From positions 69,302 through 133,301 of the forward strand of contig CAIMNJ010000013.1 in the NCBI GenBank assembly GCA_903842795.1: DNA of 64,000 nucleotides. Direction: 5' to 3'. Under the pieces are notes generated by a model. That model was given only the letters and a program-made list of their open reading frames with translations. It ran no database searches and had not been told where the DNA came from. Numbering within the stretch: position 1 is the stretch's first letter; every line of letters begins with the position of its first letter. Shown piece after piece: positions 51,137 through 60,884 of this stretch. The stretch is from an uncultured bacterium. GTDB lineage: Bacteria > Patescibacteriota > Microgenomatia > UBA1400 > PJMF01. A program made the position numbers and the translations under genes.

Positions 51137-52957
51137 TTAGAGTTGATGTAGATCTGTTAGCCAAGCTTGGCAGAATTGGCTGGAATTTAGTTTGCCAAGA
51201 TCGAATAAGGTCAGATTCTTAGGGTTAATAAATTGCCCTAGTTTCTCATTTTGGCAAAGTTGGTCATTATAAATACGAAAAATTTCACCACTGTCATTGA
51301 TGGCGGGGATAGAAATTACATCATTATAAATTTGTTCATTACCCCTGTCCGCTAAGCCATAGCCTCCAGCACAAAGATTGAAACGATTTTCGTATAAAAT
51401 GATTTTGTCGTCTTCAACATCTTTAGAATTGATGCAGCTGGCCTTAAATTTAACATCATTTAATTGCCAAGTTTGTTCGTTGACTGCTTGAGCAATTTTT
51501 TGAGAATTAGTTTTGGTAAATTGATTGGTTTGTAATAAGTAAGTTGCAAAGAAATAGAAAAGATCAGTTCCTTCTGCAACGACCACCACTGGTTTTTTAA
51601 TTTTTTGTTCTTGATTTAGATTGATATATCTAGCCAAACTGCGTTCTACAAATCTAGCAGTATCTGCACTGTAAACAGGATATTGAACAAAATAATGAAA
51701 AGTAAAATTAAAAATACTAATCAAATAAATAATCAACAAACCAGTAAAAATATATTTGTATTGGCTAACAAAGTGCATGCCAGCCCCAACCAAAACTGCC
51801 AGTAGGACATAAACCATAAAGGCTCGCAGCTCATACCATTCGCTCATGGTATTAATGACAACTGGGAAAGTAAGAGAAGCAATCAAGAACAAAAACACTA
51901 CGGCACTGTTGATTTTTTTCTTGTCCGCTAGCAAATAGCGCATTCCAAGCAAGATTAGCAAGGCATCTGCCATGTAAAACAAGCCATGTCTCCAAGCAGC
52001 AAAACCATTAACTGAAGCATCTAAGGCAAAAAACATTCTTTGTGGATTAAAAGTATTGAAGAAACGATTGAAAATAAAATTAAACATTACCGTAAATTTA
52101 TTAATCTCGAATTTATTTAAGGCAGAATCGAAACTCAAACGGCGCAAAATATTGACCTCATTAGAAAGATAAGAAGTATTATTCCAAATGGTTGAAGCCA
52201 AACGATTGCCAGTATTTTGGTGAGGCAACATAAATAAGCCATAAATAAGTACCAAACTGAAGCCAAATATGGCTACCAACCATTGTGCTAAGGAAATATC
52301 TTTGACTATTTTTTTAAAATTGAACTTTTCTTTTTTTGAAAAATAAGAAATTAAGATGAGGCTAATGATCCAAGGCAGTAGTAATAATTTGAAACCTTGA
52401 TATTGAAAAAAACCAATTACAAAGAATGGCGCACTCAATAATTGCCACCATTTTTTGCCATTAAGTAAAATTGCTCCACCAAGTAAATAGAAAAAAGTCG
52501 AGTAAATTGCATCATAAGCTAGACGGCTGAATTGCCATAAAAAAGGATTAAAAGCACTAGCAAAAATTACAAAAAATACCAATCGTTTATTTTTCCACCA
52601 CGCCCAAACAATTGCTCCAAGTAAAAAAGGAATTAGACTGCCCATGATGGCAGAAGGCAAATGAGCTGCTAATAAAGGATTGCTCGTTAGCCAAAAAGCT
52701 GGAGCCATAATACTGGCTGGCCACTCAGCATACATAGGATCAACTGGTTCCAGAGGAAACCAGCCAAGTTTTTGGTTAACTGTTTTGCCTTGTACAGCCA
52801 AAGATTTAGCTTGAATAGCGTAAACAGTTTCATCATGAGTGAGGGTAGTGGGAATTTGGTTAAGTTTGTAAAAACGAGTTAGTAAAGAAATGAGAAAAAG
52901 ACCAATTAAGAGGAAAATAAAATGAGTATTAAAATAAGCGCTAAGTTTTTTTAACAT
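51137..52957 (-). CDS. GT-C (family 39, ArnT/PMT-like) membrane glycosyltransferase
   Basis: RFYKL..P..L.HDE..Y, multiple TM helices, FSRLAYD. Confidence 0.8.
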   Translation of the reverse strand: MLKKLSAYFNTHFIFLLIGLFLISLLTRFYKLNQIPTTLTHDETVYAIQAKSLAVQGKTVNQKLGWFPLEPVDPMYAEWPASIMAPAFWLTSNPLLAAHLPSAIMGSLIPFLLGAIVWAWWKNKRLVFFVIFASAFNPFLWQFSRLAYDAIYSTFFYLLGGAILLNGKKWWQLLSAPFFVIGFFQYQGFKLLLLPWIISLILISYFSKKEKFNFKKIVKDISLAQWLVAIFGFSLVLIYGLFMLPHQNTGNRLASTIWNNTSYLSNEVNILRRLSFDSALNKFEINKFTVMFNFIFNRFFNTFNPQRMFFALDASVNGFAAWRHGLFYMADALLILLGMRYLLADKKKINSAVVFLFLIASLTFPVVINTMSEWYELRAFMVYVLLAVLVGAGMHFVSQYKYIFTGLLIIYLISIFNFTFHYFVQYPVYSADTARFVERSLARYINLNQEQKIKKPVVVVAEGTDLFYFFATYLLQTNQFTKTNSQKIAQAVNEQTWQLNDVKFKASCINSKDVEDDKIILYENRFNLCAGGYGLADRGNEQIYNDVISIPAINDSGEIFRIYNDQLCQNEKLGQFINPKNLTLFDLGKLNSSQFCQAWLTDLHQL

Positions 52958-52989
52958 ACACTTATTAGAATATCATTAAATATAAGAAA

Positions 52990-53026
52990 AGGCCTTCTGA
53001 GAGTGTCGCGGAAACTCAGAAGGCCT
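52990..53026 (-). terminator. Terminator of cassette C
   Basis: AGGCCTTCTGAG / CTCAGAAGGCCT 12-bp stem followed by T-run on the minus strand. Confidence 0.75.
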
Positions 53027-53063
53027 AGGGTTTATCACAACAATTTAGAACACTTGCTTACGG

Positions 53064-53195
53064 TTATGGGATGACGTAAATCGATCCCCGGACGATATCC
53101 TCAAACTTCGAGGAATAATCCGCTTGCAGATCGCCTCCGCCACAAGCCGCCAAAAGAAGCGACGCCATGACGAGGACAAATAATACTTTTTTCAT
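53064..53195 (-). CDS. Cassette C ORF: 43 aa lipoprotein (not in ORF track)
   Basis: Manual translation MKKVLFVLVMASLLLAACGGGDLQADYSSKFEDIVRGSIYVIP; lipobox LAAC; SD GGAG. Confidence 0.75.
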   Translation of the reverse strand: MKKVLFVLVMASLLLAACGGGDLQADYSSKFEDIVRGSIYVIP

Positions 53196-53335
53196 GTTTC
53201 TCCAAAAGGTTGCGACACCAATCTATTTTCTTGAGATAAGAACGCAGATTGGCACCGCAATCAAATGGAATCAAGCAAGTGTTAAGGTGATGATCCCTTG
53301 ACAACACGGATTCATTCTGCTATTCTAGGCTAAGA

Positions 53336-54229
53336 ATGCAAAAACTTAGCCTTAAAACCTTTCTGCGAAAATATCCTCATAATGAAGCCTGTTTGGAAGA
53401 GATAAAGCGTTTTGTTTTCCCTGATGGTATTCATTGCCCTAAATGTCAAAAAATCACCAATTTCTATAAACTCGACGGTCGCATGGCATATTCGTGTGGT
53501 GTTTGCCGTACGCAAGTATATCCTCTCAAAGGTACGATATTTGAAAAAAGCACGACCGATCTTCGTACCTGGTTTTACGTTATGTGGGTTATGAGTAAAA
53601 CAAGAAGTGGAATAAGTGCCAGACAAATACAACGAGAGGTTGGAGTCACGTATAAATGTGCCTTCCGCATGTGTCATCAGATTAGAAAACTCATGGCTGA
53701 TGACGGAGAACCAATGGACGGAATAAACGAGAGTGATGAAACTTATATTGGTGGAAAGGGAAAGAATAAACGCTATGTGCCAGACTATAACGAAAAACCA
53801 AAAGAAGTCGTCATGGGCATTCTCCAACGCGGTGGCAAAATTCACCTACGGCATATCCCCAATACTGGTAAGTGGACGATACTAAAGCAAATAAAAGAAA
53901 ACCTTTCAACAGATGCCTCAATCTATACTGATCAACTAGGAGCTTATCAACAACTTAACAGGTATGGTTATAATCACTCATTCGTGAACCACAAAGAAAC
54001 ATACGTCATTAAAGGAACTGATATTCACACCAATTCCATTGAAGGATTTTGGAGTATTTTCAAACGAGGAGTAACTGGCGTTTACACTCATATTTCTCCC
54101 AAATATCTCCAACACTATGCTGATGAATATGGGTTCCGGTATGGCAATAGAAAAGCTGATGATATGTTCACCGAAATGCTTAGGCAGATTGCTTTGAAGA
54201 AGGCTTTGCAGGTCTCACCGCTTTCTTGA
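53336..54229 (+). CDS. IS1595-family DDE transposase
   Basis: CPKC..CGVC zinc ribbon, ESDETYIGG, IYTD, VNH, HTNSIEGFWS, YADEY.FR. Confidence 0.95.
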   Translation: MQKLSLKTFLRKYPHNEACLEEIKRFVFPDGIHCPKCQKITNFYKLDGRMAYSCGVCRTQVYPLKGTIFEKSTTDLRTWFYVMWVMSKTRSGISARQIQREVGVTYKCAFRMCHQIRKLMADDGEPMDGINESDETYIGGKGKNKRYVPDYNEKPKEVVMGILQRGGKIHLRHIPNTGKWTILKQIKENLSTDASIYTDQLGAYQQLNRYGYNHSFVNHKETYVIKGTDIHTNSIEGFWSIFKRGVTGVYTHISPKYLQHYADEYGFRYGNRKADDMFTEMLRQIALKKALQVSPLS

Positions 54230-54320
54230 GTAGCTTCACAAAATCTTTCTTATTTATTGTTTGATTTTCTTTCAAGCGTTTTTGTACTAGTGCGTTTTTC
54301 TCCAACTTCTTTTTACTCAT
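54180..54320 (-). CDS. Small basic protein convergent with the transposase
   Basis: MSKKKLEKN...; -10-like box upstream. Confidence 0.4.
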   Translation of the reverse strand: MSKKKLEKNALVQKRLKENQTINKKDFVKLLKKAVRPAKPSSKQSA

Positions 54321-54484
54321 ATTCTGAGTATACCAGACTAAGAGTATTGGTAAATTTTGGCCAGAGTAAACAACCATGCTATACTCCAAAAATAGTGTAA
54401 GCGTGTTTACACTAAAAACGCCATATTTTAAGGCTAAATAACAAATATTCCTGTCCTTATTATTCTTTATAAATAAAGAGGTGT

Positions 54485-55264
54485 ATGAAACTAAAACCCC
54501 GACAGGAAGAAATACTTATCTATCTCTATCGCTTTCGTTTCCTTAATCGTACTCAAATTCAAAAACTCCTGTGTCACAAACACTTCAACCGCATTATTGT
54601 CTGGCTCAACCAATTAAACACTTATGGATATATTCGGAAATACTACAATCCCAAAACAGTGACTATTGCTGCAATATATTCCTTAGATTCAATGGGAAGA
54701 AAGTACTTGTTAGAGAAATCAAAGGAAGAAGGAAGTCGGATACAGCCAGAATTACTCAATCGTATTTGGAGAGAACATACCTTATCTGAGCAATTTCGTA
54801 TTCACTGTCTATTTCTTGCTGATATCTATCTATCGCTATCGGATTTGGTTACACAAAATAAAGCAGTTTTGTATTTTTTTACCAAAACAGACTTACATGG
54901 TCATGATTATTTACCCGATCCACGCCCAGATGCGTATTTTGCAATTAAGGAAGCGAAAAGGAAAACGAAACGTTATTTTCTAGATATCTTCGACCCGCTG
55001 CCACCTCGTATGATTCTACGGCGACGGGTTAAGCAGTACGTAGACTATTTTGACGAAAATGACTGGCAGGAAGCGACTAATCATCCATTTCCCCAAATTA
55101 TCCTAATTTCCCCAGATGAACGGACTAAGCGATATTTAAATAGATACATCAAGACTAAGATGGAATACACCTCAGACATTGAGTTTTATCTTTCGACTTG
55201 GGAACCAATACGGACAAAAGGAATGAAGAAAGAGGTGTTTGAGAAAGTTGAGGAATCTGAATGA
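54485..55264 (+). CDS. Replication-relaxation (Replic_Relax) family protein
   Basis: LYRFRFLNRTQIQ winged helix, H.L..ADIY, PDAYF, YFLDI. Confidence 0.8.
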   Translation: MKLKPRQEEILIYLYRFRFLNRTQIQKLLCHKHFNRIIVWLNQLNTYGYIRKYYNPKTVTIAAIYSLDSMGRKYLLEKSKEEGSRIQPELLNRIWREHTLSEQFRIHCLFLADIYLSLSDLVTQNKAVLYFFTKTDLHGHDYLPDPRPDAYFAIKEAKRKTKRYFLDIFDPLPPRMILRRRVKQYVDYFDENDWQEATNHPFPQIILISPDERTKRYLNRYIKTKMEYTSDIEFYLSTWEPIRTKGMKKEVFEKVEESE

Positions 55265-55352
55265 TGGGCTACTTAGTGTCGTTCAAATTTAAAAAATGAT
55301 ATATCTATTATTGAAATAATATTTAGTGTTATACTTTTGTTAAGGAATAATT

Positions 55353-56513
55353 ATGGAGAATACGACAACTAATATTACTAATCCAATCAATACATCTCCC
55401 CAACCCGCATCATCAAATCAGATGCAAGAACAACCCGCTCTACAACAAAGAAATACATGGAAAATAGTTGCATTATTACTTTCCGTTCTTCTCGTTGGAA
55501 TGAGTGGTTACATTATATATCTGTTAAACACCTCAAATATGAGAGTATCAAATCAGCAACAAATCCAAGAAACATCTGTATCCCCGACTCCAACTACTGT
55601 AGCTGATCCTATGGTCAATTGGACAACTTACGAAAACAATACCTATAACTTCTCAATCAAATACCCTGCTTCTTGGAAAACCTGGTCTCAGGGTAGCATT
55701 AAGGATGCCTGGCAAGAAATAAGTAGTCCAGACCTTGCTCTAAAAGGTAGCCAAGAACCCAAAATTGGCATGAGTATAAGCATAAGAGTCTTTGACGTAG
55801 GCCATCCAGCTGAAATAAATGACATTGTCCATACTCTTGGCGGAGCTGGGGTCACCGGTAATTACCAAGTGAGCAAGATACAAGAGGATCAAAATGCAAA
55901 AGTGCAAGGAAAAAGTGCAATTATAGGAGAGTATCTTGGTACTGACCCTGCTTATGCATGGCATTTCTGGTCACAGGCAGTTGCAAAAGACAACAACATA
56001 ATCCTGATAACGATTACTGATTTTAAAGAGGACAAATCATTAGACTCCTCTACGCTTGCGCCACAAATTCTCTCCACATTCAAATTGGCTACTTTAGACA
56101 ATACAGCTAATTGGCAAATCTATCCTCCGACCACAACAATCGGACTTAAATATACTTTTAAATATCCTCCTAATATTACTTTGCAAGAAGCACAAGATTT
56201 AGCTTATTTTATGAATGGAAACGCTACTCTATATCATCGTTTCTTAGGGAAACAAACTGATTTAGAAATAGCTTTAGATAATTTTAAACCATGGGGAACA
56301 AACGAACAGGTAATATTCTCTAATAATAAAGAGTCGGTTAATTTTGGTGAGTTTAATGGTTACAGGCTACTTTCAGCCGATGGCAATAATACATTTTTGT
56401 TTTTAAAATCAATCAAATTAAATGGCATTTTAGTATTTCACTACCCAACTGTCGAATTCAAATCAAAAACCTTACTAGAGCAAATAATTCCAACAATTAG
56501 AGTAATCGAATAA
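55353..56513 (+). CDS. Membrane-anchored protein with PsbP-like repeats
   Basis: TM, SPTP linker, two W.TY...F..KYP...QILSTF-type repeats. Confidence 0.7.
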   Translation: MENTTTNITNPINTSPQPASSNQMQEQPALQQRNTWKIVALLLSVLLVGMSGYIIYLLNTSNMRVSNQQQIQETSVSPTPTTVADPMVNWTTYENNTYNFSIKYPASWKTWSQGSIKDAWQEISSPDLALKGSQEPKIGMSISIRVFDVGHPAEINDIVHTLGGAGVTGNYQVSKIQEDQNAKVQGKSAIIGEYLGTDPAYAWHFWSQAVAKDNNIILITITDFKEDKSLDSSTLAPQILSTFKLATLDNTANWQIYPPTTTIGLKYTFKYPPNITLQEAQDLAYFMNGNATLYHRFLGKQTDLEIALDNFKPWGTNEQVIFSNNKESVNFGEFNGYRLLSADGNNTFLFLKSIKLNGILVFHYPTVEFKSKTLLEQIIPTIRVIE

Positions 56514-56630
56514 ATATTTCAGCTTCTAGTATCTTCCATTATAGGTGATCGCTTTAATTCTTGAATTTTTTTAGGTAGATGATAGGTTCCAATCGATTAT
56601 TGATTCCCGTGTCTTGAAGGGAGCACCACC

Positions 56631-56731
56631 AGTGTTAAAGAGCTGTAATCGGCTGTTTCCATACAGAAAGACAGCTTAAGTCTTACGTTCGAAAACACCG
56701 AAATTATAGCAGAAAATAGTCCATTTGTCAA
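56631..56731 (-). promoter_or_regulatory. Cassette C promoter and boxA, separated from its gene by the IS
   Basis: TTGACA-17-TATAAT (56731-56703); AGCTCTTTAACAC overlapping the TSD. Confidence 0.8.
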
Positions 56732-56867
56732 AAATTATAGGACTATTTTAAAATATAAACAATCTAGAAATAAAGTTATTTTTTAAAAAAAGTAAACATA
56801 CCGCACCGGCAATTTGCTTCGTTGTTGGGCGCCTGCGTGAAGCAGGCGCCCAACATTTCTTCAATTC

Positions 56868-57215
56868 TTATCCTCCTTTGGTTTGTTCGCGCCATTCATC
56901 AAACAGGTTCATTTCGCCCTGTTCGTTGATCGTCTCGGTGCCGATCTTATCGGTGCCGTAGAAGAACATGATCTCGCCAGCTACATCCTGAACGCAGAGA
57001 TTATCTCCCTGGCCATAAGAGCAGGTCCAGTTGCCATCGCCTTCATAAGTGAAGGTGACGCTGACTTCGCCATTGGTGACGGTTTTCACGTCGCCTTTGC
57101 TGAAATTCAGGACATCGCCATTGGCTTTGGGGGTTGGGGCGCAAGCCGCCAAAACGAGGATAATGGTGAATGCCACAAGGATGGCAATCACAGTAGAACG
57201 GTTTGGGTTTCTCAT
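56868..57215 (-). CDS. Cassette D ORF: GC-rich lipoprotein (lipobox LAAC)
   Basis: MRNPNRSTVIAILVAFTIILVLAAC; SD TAGGAGGT. Confidence 0.8.
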   Translation of the reverse strand: MRNPNRSTVIAILVAFTIILVLAACAPTPKANGDVLNFSKGDVKTVTNGEVSVTFTYEGDGNWTCSYGQGDNLCVQDVAGEIMFFYGTDKIGTETINEQGEMNLFDEWREQTKGG

Positions 57216-57318
57216 TGGAAACACCTCCTAAAGTTTTGAGCAAATTTATTCAATTCACTCTTTTTTGCATCACGATTATATTTTCATGAGGCAGAGAAGA
57301 GTGAATTTTGGTGCGGTA

Positions 57319-57415
57319 TGTGAAAGATCAGCTATCATTCTTATCTTGGAAACGTCTTGTTTCCGACAAAAATAATAACCTATAACATTATATCATGGGA
57401 TATTACTTAGCGCAA
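57319..57415 (-). promoter_or_regulatory. Cassette D promoter and boxA-like element
   Basis: TTGCGC-17-TATAAT with extended TG (57415-57387); GATCTTTCACA at 57329-57319. Confidence 0.65.
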
Positions 57416-58152
57416 CTGCTGACTACAGTATTTACCAAAATGCCAAAACTAACAGCTACATTGAGTGATTCTACTTGGCCATATTTAGGGATACTCAAAG
57501 AGCGGTCAGCCAAAGCATCAATTTCTGAAGAAGTGCCAAGTGATTCATTGCCAAAAACAAGAGCGGTTTTGTATTCAAAGGTCATTTTTTCTTGTTTTTG
57601 ACTGGCAAGTTCTGGTCTGGTGACGATAATTTCAAAACCATTTTTCTTGAGTTCTAACAGGTCTTTTCTAGGATCATCGCTTATTACCAAAGGTAAATGA
57701 AAAATTGAGCCCATGCTAGAACGGACGACTTTGGCTTGATAAGGATCGGCGCCACCAAGCAATAAAATTCCATCCAGATCAAACCAATCAGCAGTGCGAA
57801 TCATCGTGCCAAGATTGCCTGGATCGCGAATATCTTCAAGCACGGCAATGATTTTACTTTTTTTGAGAAGCTCAAGATCATTTTTTGGCATTTTGACAAC
57901 TACTGCTATGCCAGATGGGGTAACTGTGTCGGTGATGCGGGCAAAATCTCGTTCATCAATCGTCATCACCTCTTCTTTGTCCCAAAACTTTTCATTCTGG
58001 TTGGCAAATTGTCGCGTCATAACTAGTTGTACGACTTCTTTTCCGGATTTTAGGGCATCAAGTACGCCTTTTTTACCTTCCACAACAAAACAACCATATT
58101 CTTGGCGATATTTTTTTTGATTGAGTTTGCTGAGAATTTTAAGACCAAACAT
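57403..58152 (-). CDS. TrmH/SpoU family RNA methyltransferase
   Basis: DPGNLGTMIRTADWF, VRSSMGS, FGNES.G, ESLNVAV. Confidence 0.93.
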   Translation of the reverse strand: MFGLKILSKLNQKKYRQEYGCFVVEGKKGVLDALKSGKEVVQLVMTRQFANQNEKFWDKEEVMTIDERDFARITDTVTPSGIAVVVKMPKNDLELLKKSKIIAVLEDIRDPGNLGTMIRTADWFDLDGILLLGGADPYQAKVVRSSMGSIFHLPLVISDDPRKDLLELKKNGFEIIVTRPELASQKQEKMTFEYKTALVFGNESLGTSSEIDALADRSLSIPKYGQVESLNVAVSFGILVNTVVSSCAK

Positions 58153-58170
58153 ATTTTTTTTGATTTTATC

Positions 58171-59088
58171 TTATTTTTTCTTTTTTTGGGCTATGTATAC
58201 ACCAATAACAACGATGATTAAGGAAATTACTTGTAGTGGAGTTACTAGTTCTTTGAGCAAGAAATAGCCAAGTGGCATGTAAATGACTGGCTGCAGGTAA
58301 TTGAATAAACTTGCTTCAGAAGCCTCAATTTCATTTTGACCCTTAATGTAAGCAGTTAAGCCAATAATTGAGCCAAAAATTGCTGCATAGAAGATTACTC
58401 CCCAAACTAGAATAGAGCTTAAATCAGTTTGTATACTCTGCGATAACTTGTCAAAGCTGAAATTTGCTTCGACTAGCGACAATAATCCAAAAGTAACCAA
58501 ACCAACAAAAAAACTTACGCTACTGACGAAAAGCTTTGGTAGTTTTCGGTAATGTTTCTTGGCTAGAATTAGATAGATGGCGGTTAGAATATTGTGGCCA
58601 ATGACGAGTAAATTGCCCACCATCGAACCAGAAAAATGATCACTCCCGACCAAGAGTGGTTCTAAGGCAATTAAACTGGTGCCGATCAAGGCAAGTAACA
58701 AACCAAGCCATTCGTTTTTTTCTTGCTTTTCTTTGAGAAAAATAATTCCACCGAAAATCACAAACAGCGGCAAACTAGTGGTAATAAGATTGGTTTCTAG
58801 AGCACTGGTTTGGTGCAGGCCAATGTATAAACAGGCTAAAGCCATGGAAGTCTCAATTAATTCCAAAAGAATAATAGCTTTGATGGCTTGCCATTTGTGT
58901 TTGATTCTTTTTAGATAATAGACAATGATGGGGATAGATAATAAGCCTGCCAAGGTAAAACGATAAAATAAATAACGAAAAGGAGTGATTTCTGAACCAT
59001 TGAAGCCAAATTTAACGATTGGTAAGAAAGCCCCCCAAGTAATGGTGGTTATGATCAAGAAAAAGTAAGCCTGAAAACGTTTGCGCAT
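58171..59088 (-). CDS. DMT/EamA family transporter
   Basis: About 10 TM helices in two repeats; WG, RF, FLKE, YLQP. Confidence 0.9.
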   Translation of the reverse strand: MRKRFQAYFFLIITTITWGAFLPIVKFGFNGSEITPFRYLFYRFTLAGLLSIPIIVYYLKRIKHKWQAIKAIILLELIETSMALACLYIGLHQTSALETNLITTSLPLFVIFGGIIFLKEKQEKNEWLGLLLALIGTSLIALEPLLVGSDHFSGSMVGNLLVIGHNILTAIYLILAKKHYRKLPKLFVSSVSFFVGLVTFGLLSLVEANFSFDKLSQSIQTDLSSILVWGVIFYAAIFGSIIGLTAYIKGQNEIEASEASLFNYLQPVIYMPLGYFLLKELVTPLQVISLIIVVIGVYIAQKKKK

Positions 59089-59119
59089 TAATTCCTTATA
59101 TATTAGAATAGCACGAATC

Positions 59120-59557
59120 ATGACAAAAAATCTAAATAAGCTTATTACTTTTATTCTTTTTATTATTGTCGTTGGCGCGCTTCTTTTCCGTCAAAAAAAT
59201 CTTCAAAATGAAGTTATTAATTCGGTTAATCAAAAGCAACTTAATGAGATTTCCATTTCCACTCCTTCTGCTCAATTAGAATTCAACGCAGGTGTAGGAG
59301 AGCAGAAGCAAGCTTATGAATTTGTGGCCACTATGTCTGGCCAGAATGCTTTGGAATTGGTGCAAAGTCAAGTGAAATTAGATCTTAAAAAGTATGATTT
59401 TGGCACAATGATTGAGGGAGTAAATGGCTTAAAAGCAGATAGTAAGCATTACTGGGCTTTGTATCAGGCTGGTGATTATGCTAAAACTGGTATTACTGAG
59501 CTTAAATTGACCAAAAATGAAAAGATTGAACTCAAGTATGAAGAAATTAAACTCTAA
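59120..59557 (+). CDS. DUF4430-domain membrane-anchored protein
   Basis: FGTMIEGVNG, YWALY..G..A..G. Confidence 0.8.
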   Translation: MTKNLNKLITFILFIIVVGALLFRQKNLQNEVINSVNQKQLNEISISTPSAQLEFNAGVGEQKQAYEFVATMSGQNALELVQSQVKLDLKKYDFGTMIEGVNGLKADSKHYWALYQAGDYAKTGITELKLTKNEKIELKYEEIKL

Positions 59558-60032
59558 ATATCGCAATTCAGCAGTTGGAGCTTTTTTGGCTTATGTTTCC
59601 CGCTTCAATCTTCTTCCAGCCAATATATCTCCACTTGGTGCTTATGGTTTTTTTGGTGGCAATGTTTTGTTTTATTTTTTATCAATCATCGCCTTTGATT
59701 GGCTTAAGGGTGGTTTCTATCAAGGTTTCATTTGGACTTATTTAGGTTTTGCTGCCTATCCACTTTTTGCTTTTTTATCTCGCAAATCCACTAAAAGGCA
59801 GGTTTTTTTCTTACCTTTAGCTTCCTTTACTTTTTTTATTTTGTCTAATTTTGGAGTTTTTTGGCCATGGTATGAACACACCTGGCAAGGTTTGTTGACT
59901 TGTTACGCTTTGGCTTTGCCTTTTTATACCCGTACTTTGCTAAGTGATCTTGGCTTTGGTTATGGTTTTCTCTTGCTAAAAAAACTCAAAAATCTTGCTT
60001 TTTCGCACTCTTCAAGATATAATGTCCTATAA
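59538..60032 (+). CDS. DUF6580-like putative transporter (S-component-like)
   Basis: PANISPLGA, FFILSNFGV, GLLTCY.LALPF...L.SDL. Confidence 0.75.
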   Translation: MKKLNSKYRNSAVGAFLAYVSRFNLLPANISPLGAYGFFGGNVLFYFLSIIAFDWLKGGFYQGFIWTYLGFAAYPLFAFLSRKSTKRQVFFLPLASFTFFILSNFGVFWPWYEHTWQGLLTCYALALPFYTRTLLSDLGFGYGFLLLKKLKNLAFSHSSRYNVL

Positions 60033-60040
60033 CATTTTTT

Positions 60041-60832
60041 ATGTTCAAGAAAAGAGTGGGACAAAAGCTTTATCAAAAAGCTCCCAACGAAGTTCTAGTT
60101 GCAGAAGCAAAACGCCTGAAAAGATTGGCTTTGCTTTCTTTTGCCTGTGCTATTCTTTTTTTAGTTGCTAGTAATCCATTTTTTGCGGTTGCTGGCTTAA
60201 AGAATGTTCTTTTAGCTATTCCAGAATTTATCAAAGTTCTTCCCGGTGAATCAGAAAAAACCACTTTTGCTTTTTTTGATTGGACAGAGGAACAGCTTAA
60301 TAATTCTTGGCCAATTTTTGCCAAAGAAAATACTTTAGCTGACAAAGAAGCGGGGCAGAGCGCTGTTGCTCCAACCAATTCTGATGTTGATTATGAAAAG
60401 ATACCTTTTTTTATTGAAATTCCTAGACTTAAGGTTTATGAAAAAGTGCATGCCAATGTCAATCCTAATGACGCCAAAGAATATAAAACAGCTTTAGAGG
60501 AAGGTGTGGCTCATGCTTTTGGTTCAGCTTTTCCTGGTCAAAACAAAATGATCTATATTTTTGGTCATTCGACTGATGGAGCTTGGAACGTGGAAGCTTT
60601 TAATGCTGTTTTCTATCAAATCAAAGAATTGCAAGTTGGTGATCAAATCATTTTGCATTTCGGCGAACAAAAATTCCTCTATGAAGTTCAAGCTCAGAAT
60701 ATTGTTTCTAGTGAAGAAGTAGACTTTGTAAATAATCTCAAAGACCAACCAATTTTGCTTTTGCAAACCTGTTGGCCTCCTGGCACTTCCTGGCAAAGAC
60801 TCTTTGTTACTGCCGTGCCAGTTACTCCCTAA
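60041..60832 (+). CDS. Sortase
   Basis: GVAH, IFGHS, LQTCWPPG..WQR. Confidence 0.9.
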   Translation: MFKKRVGQKLYQKAPNEVLVAEAKRLKRLALLSFACAILFLVASNPFFAVAGLKNVLLAIPEFIKVLPGESEKTTFAFFDWTEEQLNNSWPIFAKENTLADKEAGQSAVAPTNSDVDYEKIPFFIEIPRLKVYEKVHANVNPNDAKEYKTALEEGVAHAFGSAFPGQNKMIYIFGHSTDGAWNVEAFNAVFYQIKELQVGDQIILHFGEQKFLYEVQAQNIVSSEEVDFVNNLKDQPILLLQTCWPPGTSWQRLFVTAVPVTP

Positions 60833-60856
60833 AATAGTAGATACTATCCTATAGTA

Positions 60857-60884
60857 TTGACAAATTGATATATTATGATACAAT
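60857..60884 (+). promoter_or_regulatory. Cassette E promoter
   Basis: TTGACA-16-TACAAT with extended TG. Confidence 0.65.

Larger units (their letters stand above)
53286..56630 (+). mobile_element. IS1595-family transposon with passenger genes
   Basis: Imperfect 24-bp TIRs (53286-53309 / 56607-56630); 8-bp TSD AGTGTTAA at 53278-53285 and 56631-56638. Confidence 0.92.

Noticed and set aside
53101-53307. 68 aa ORF from the track
   Set aside because: It starts inside the IS end; another frame (53064-53195) gives an SD-led lipoprotein.
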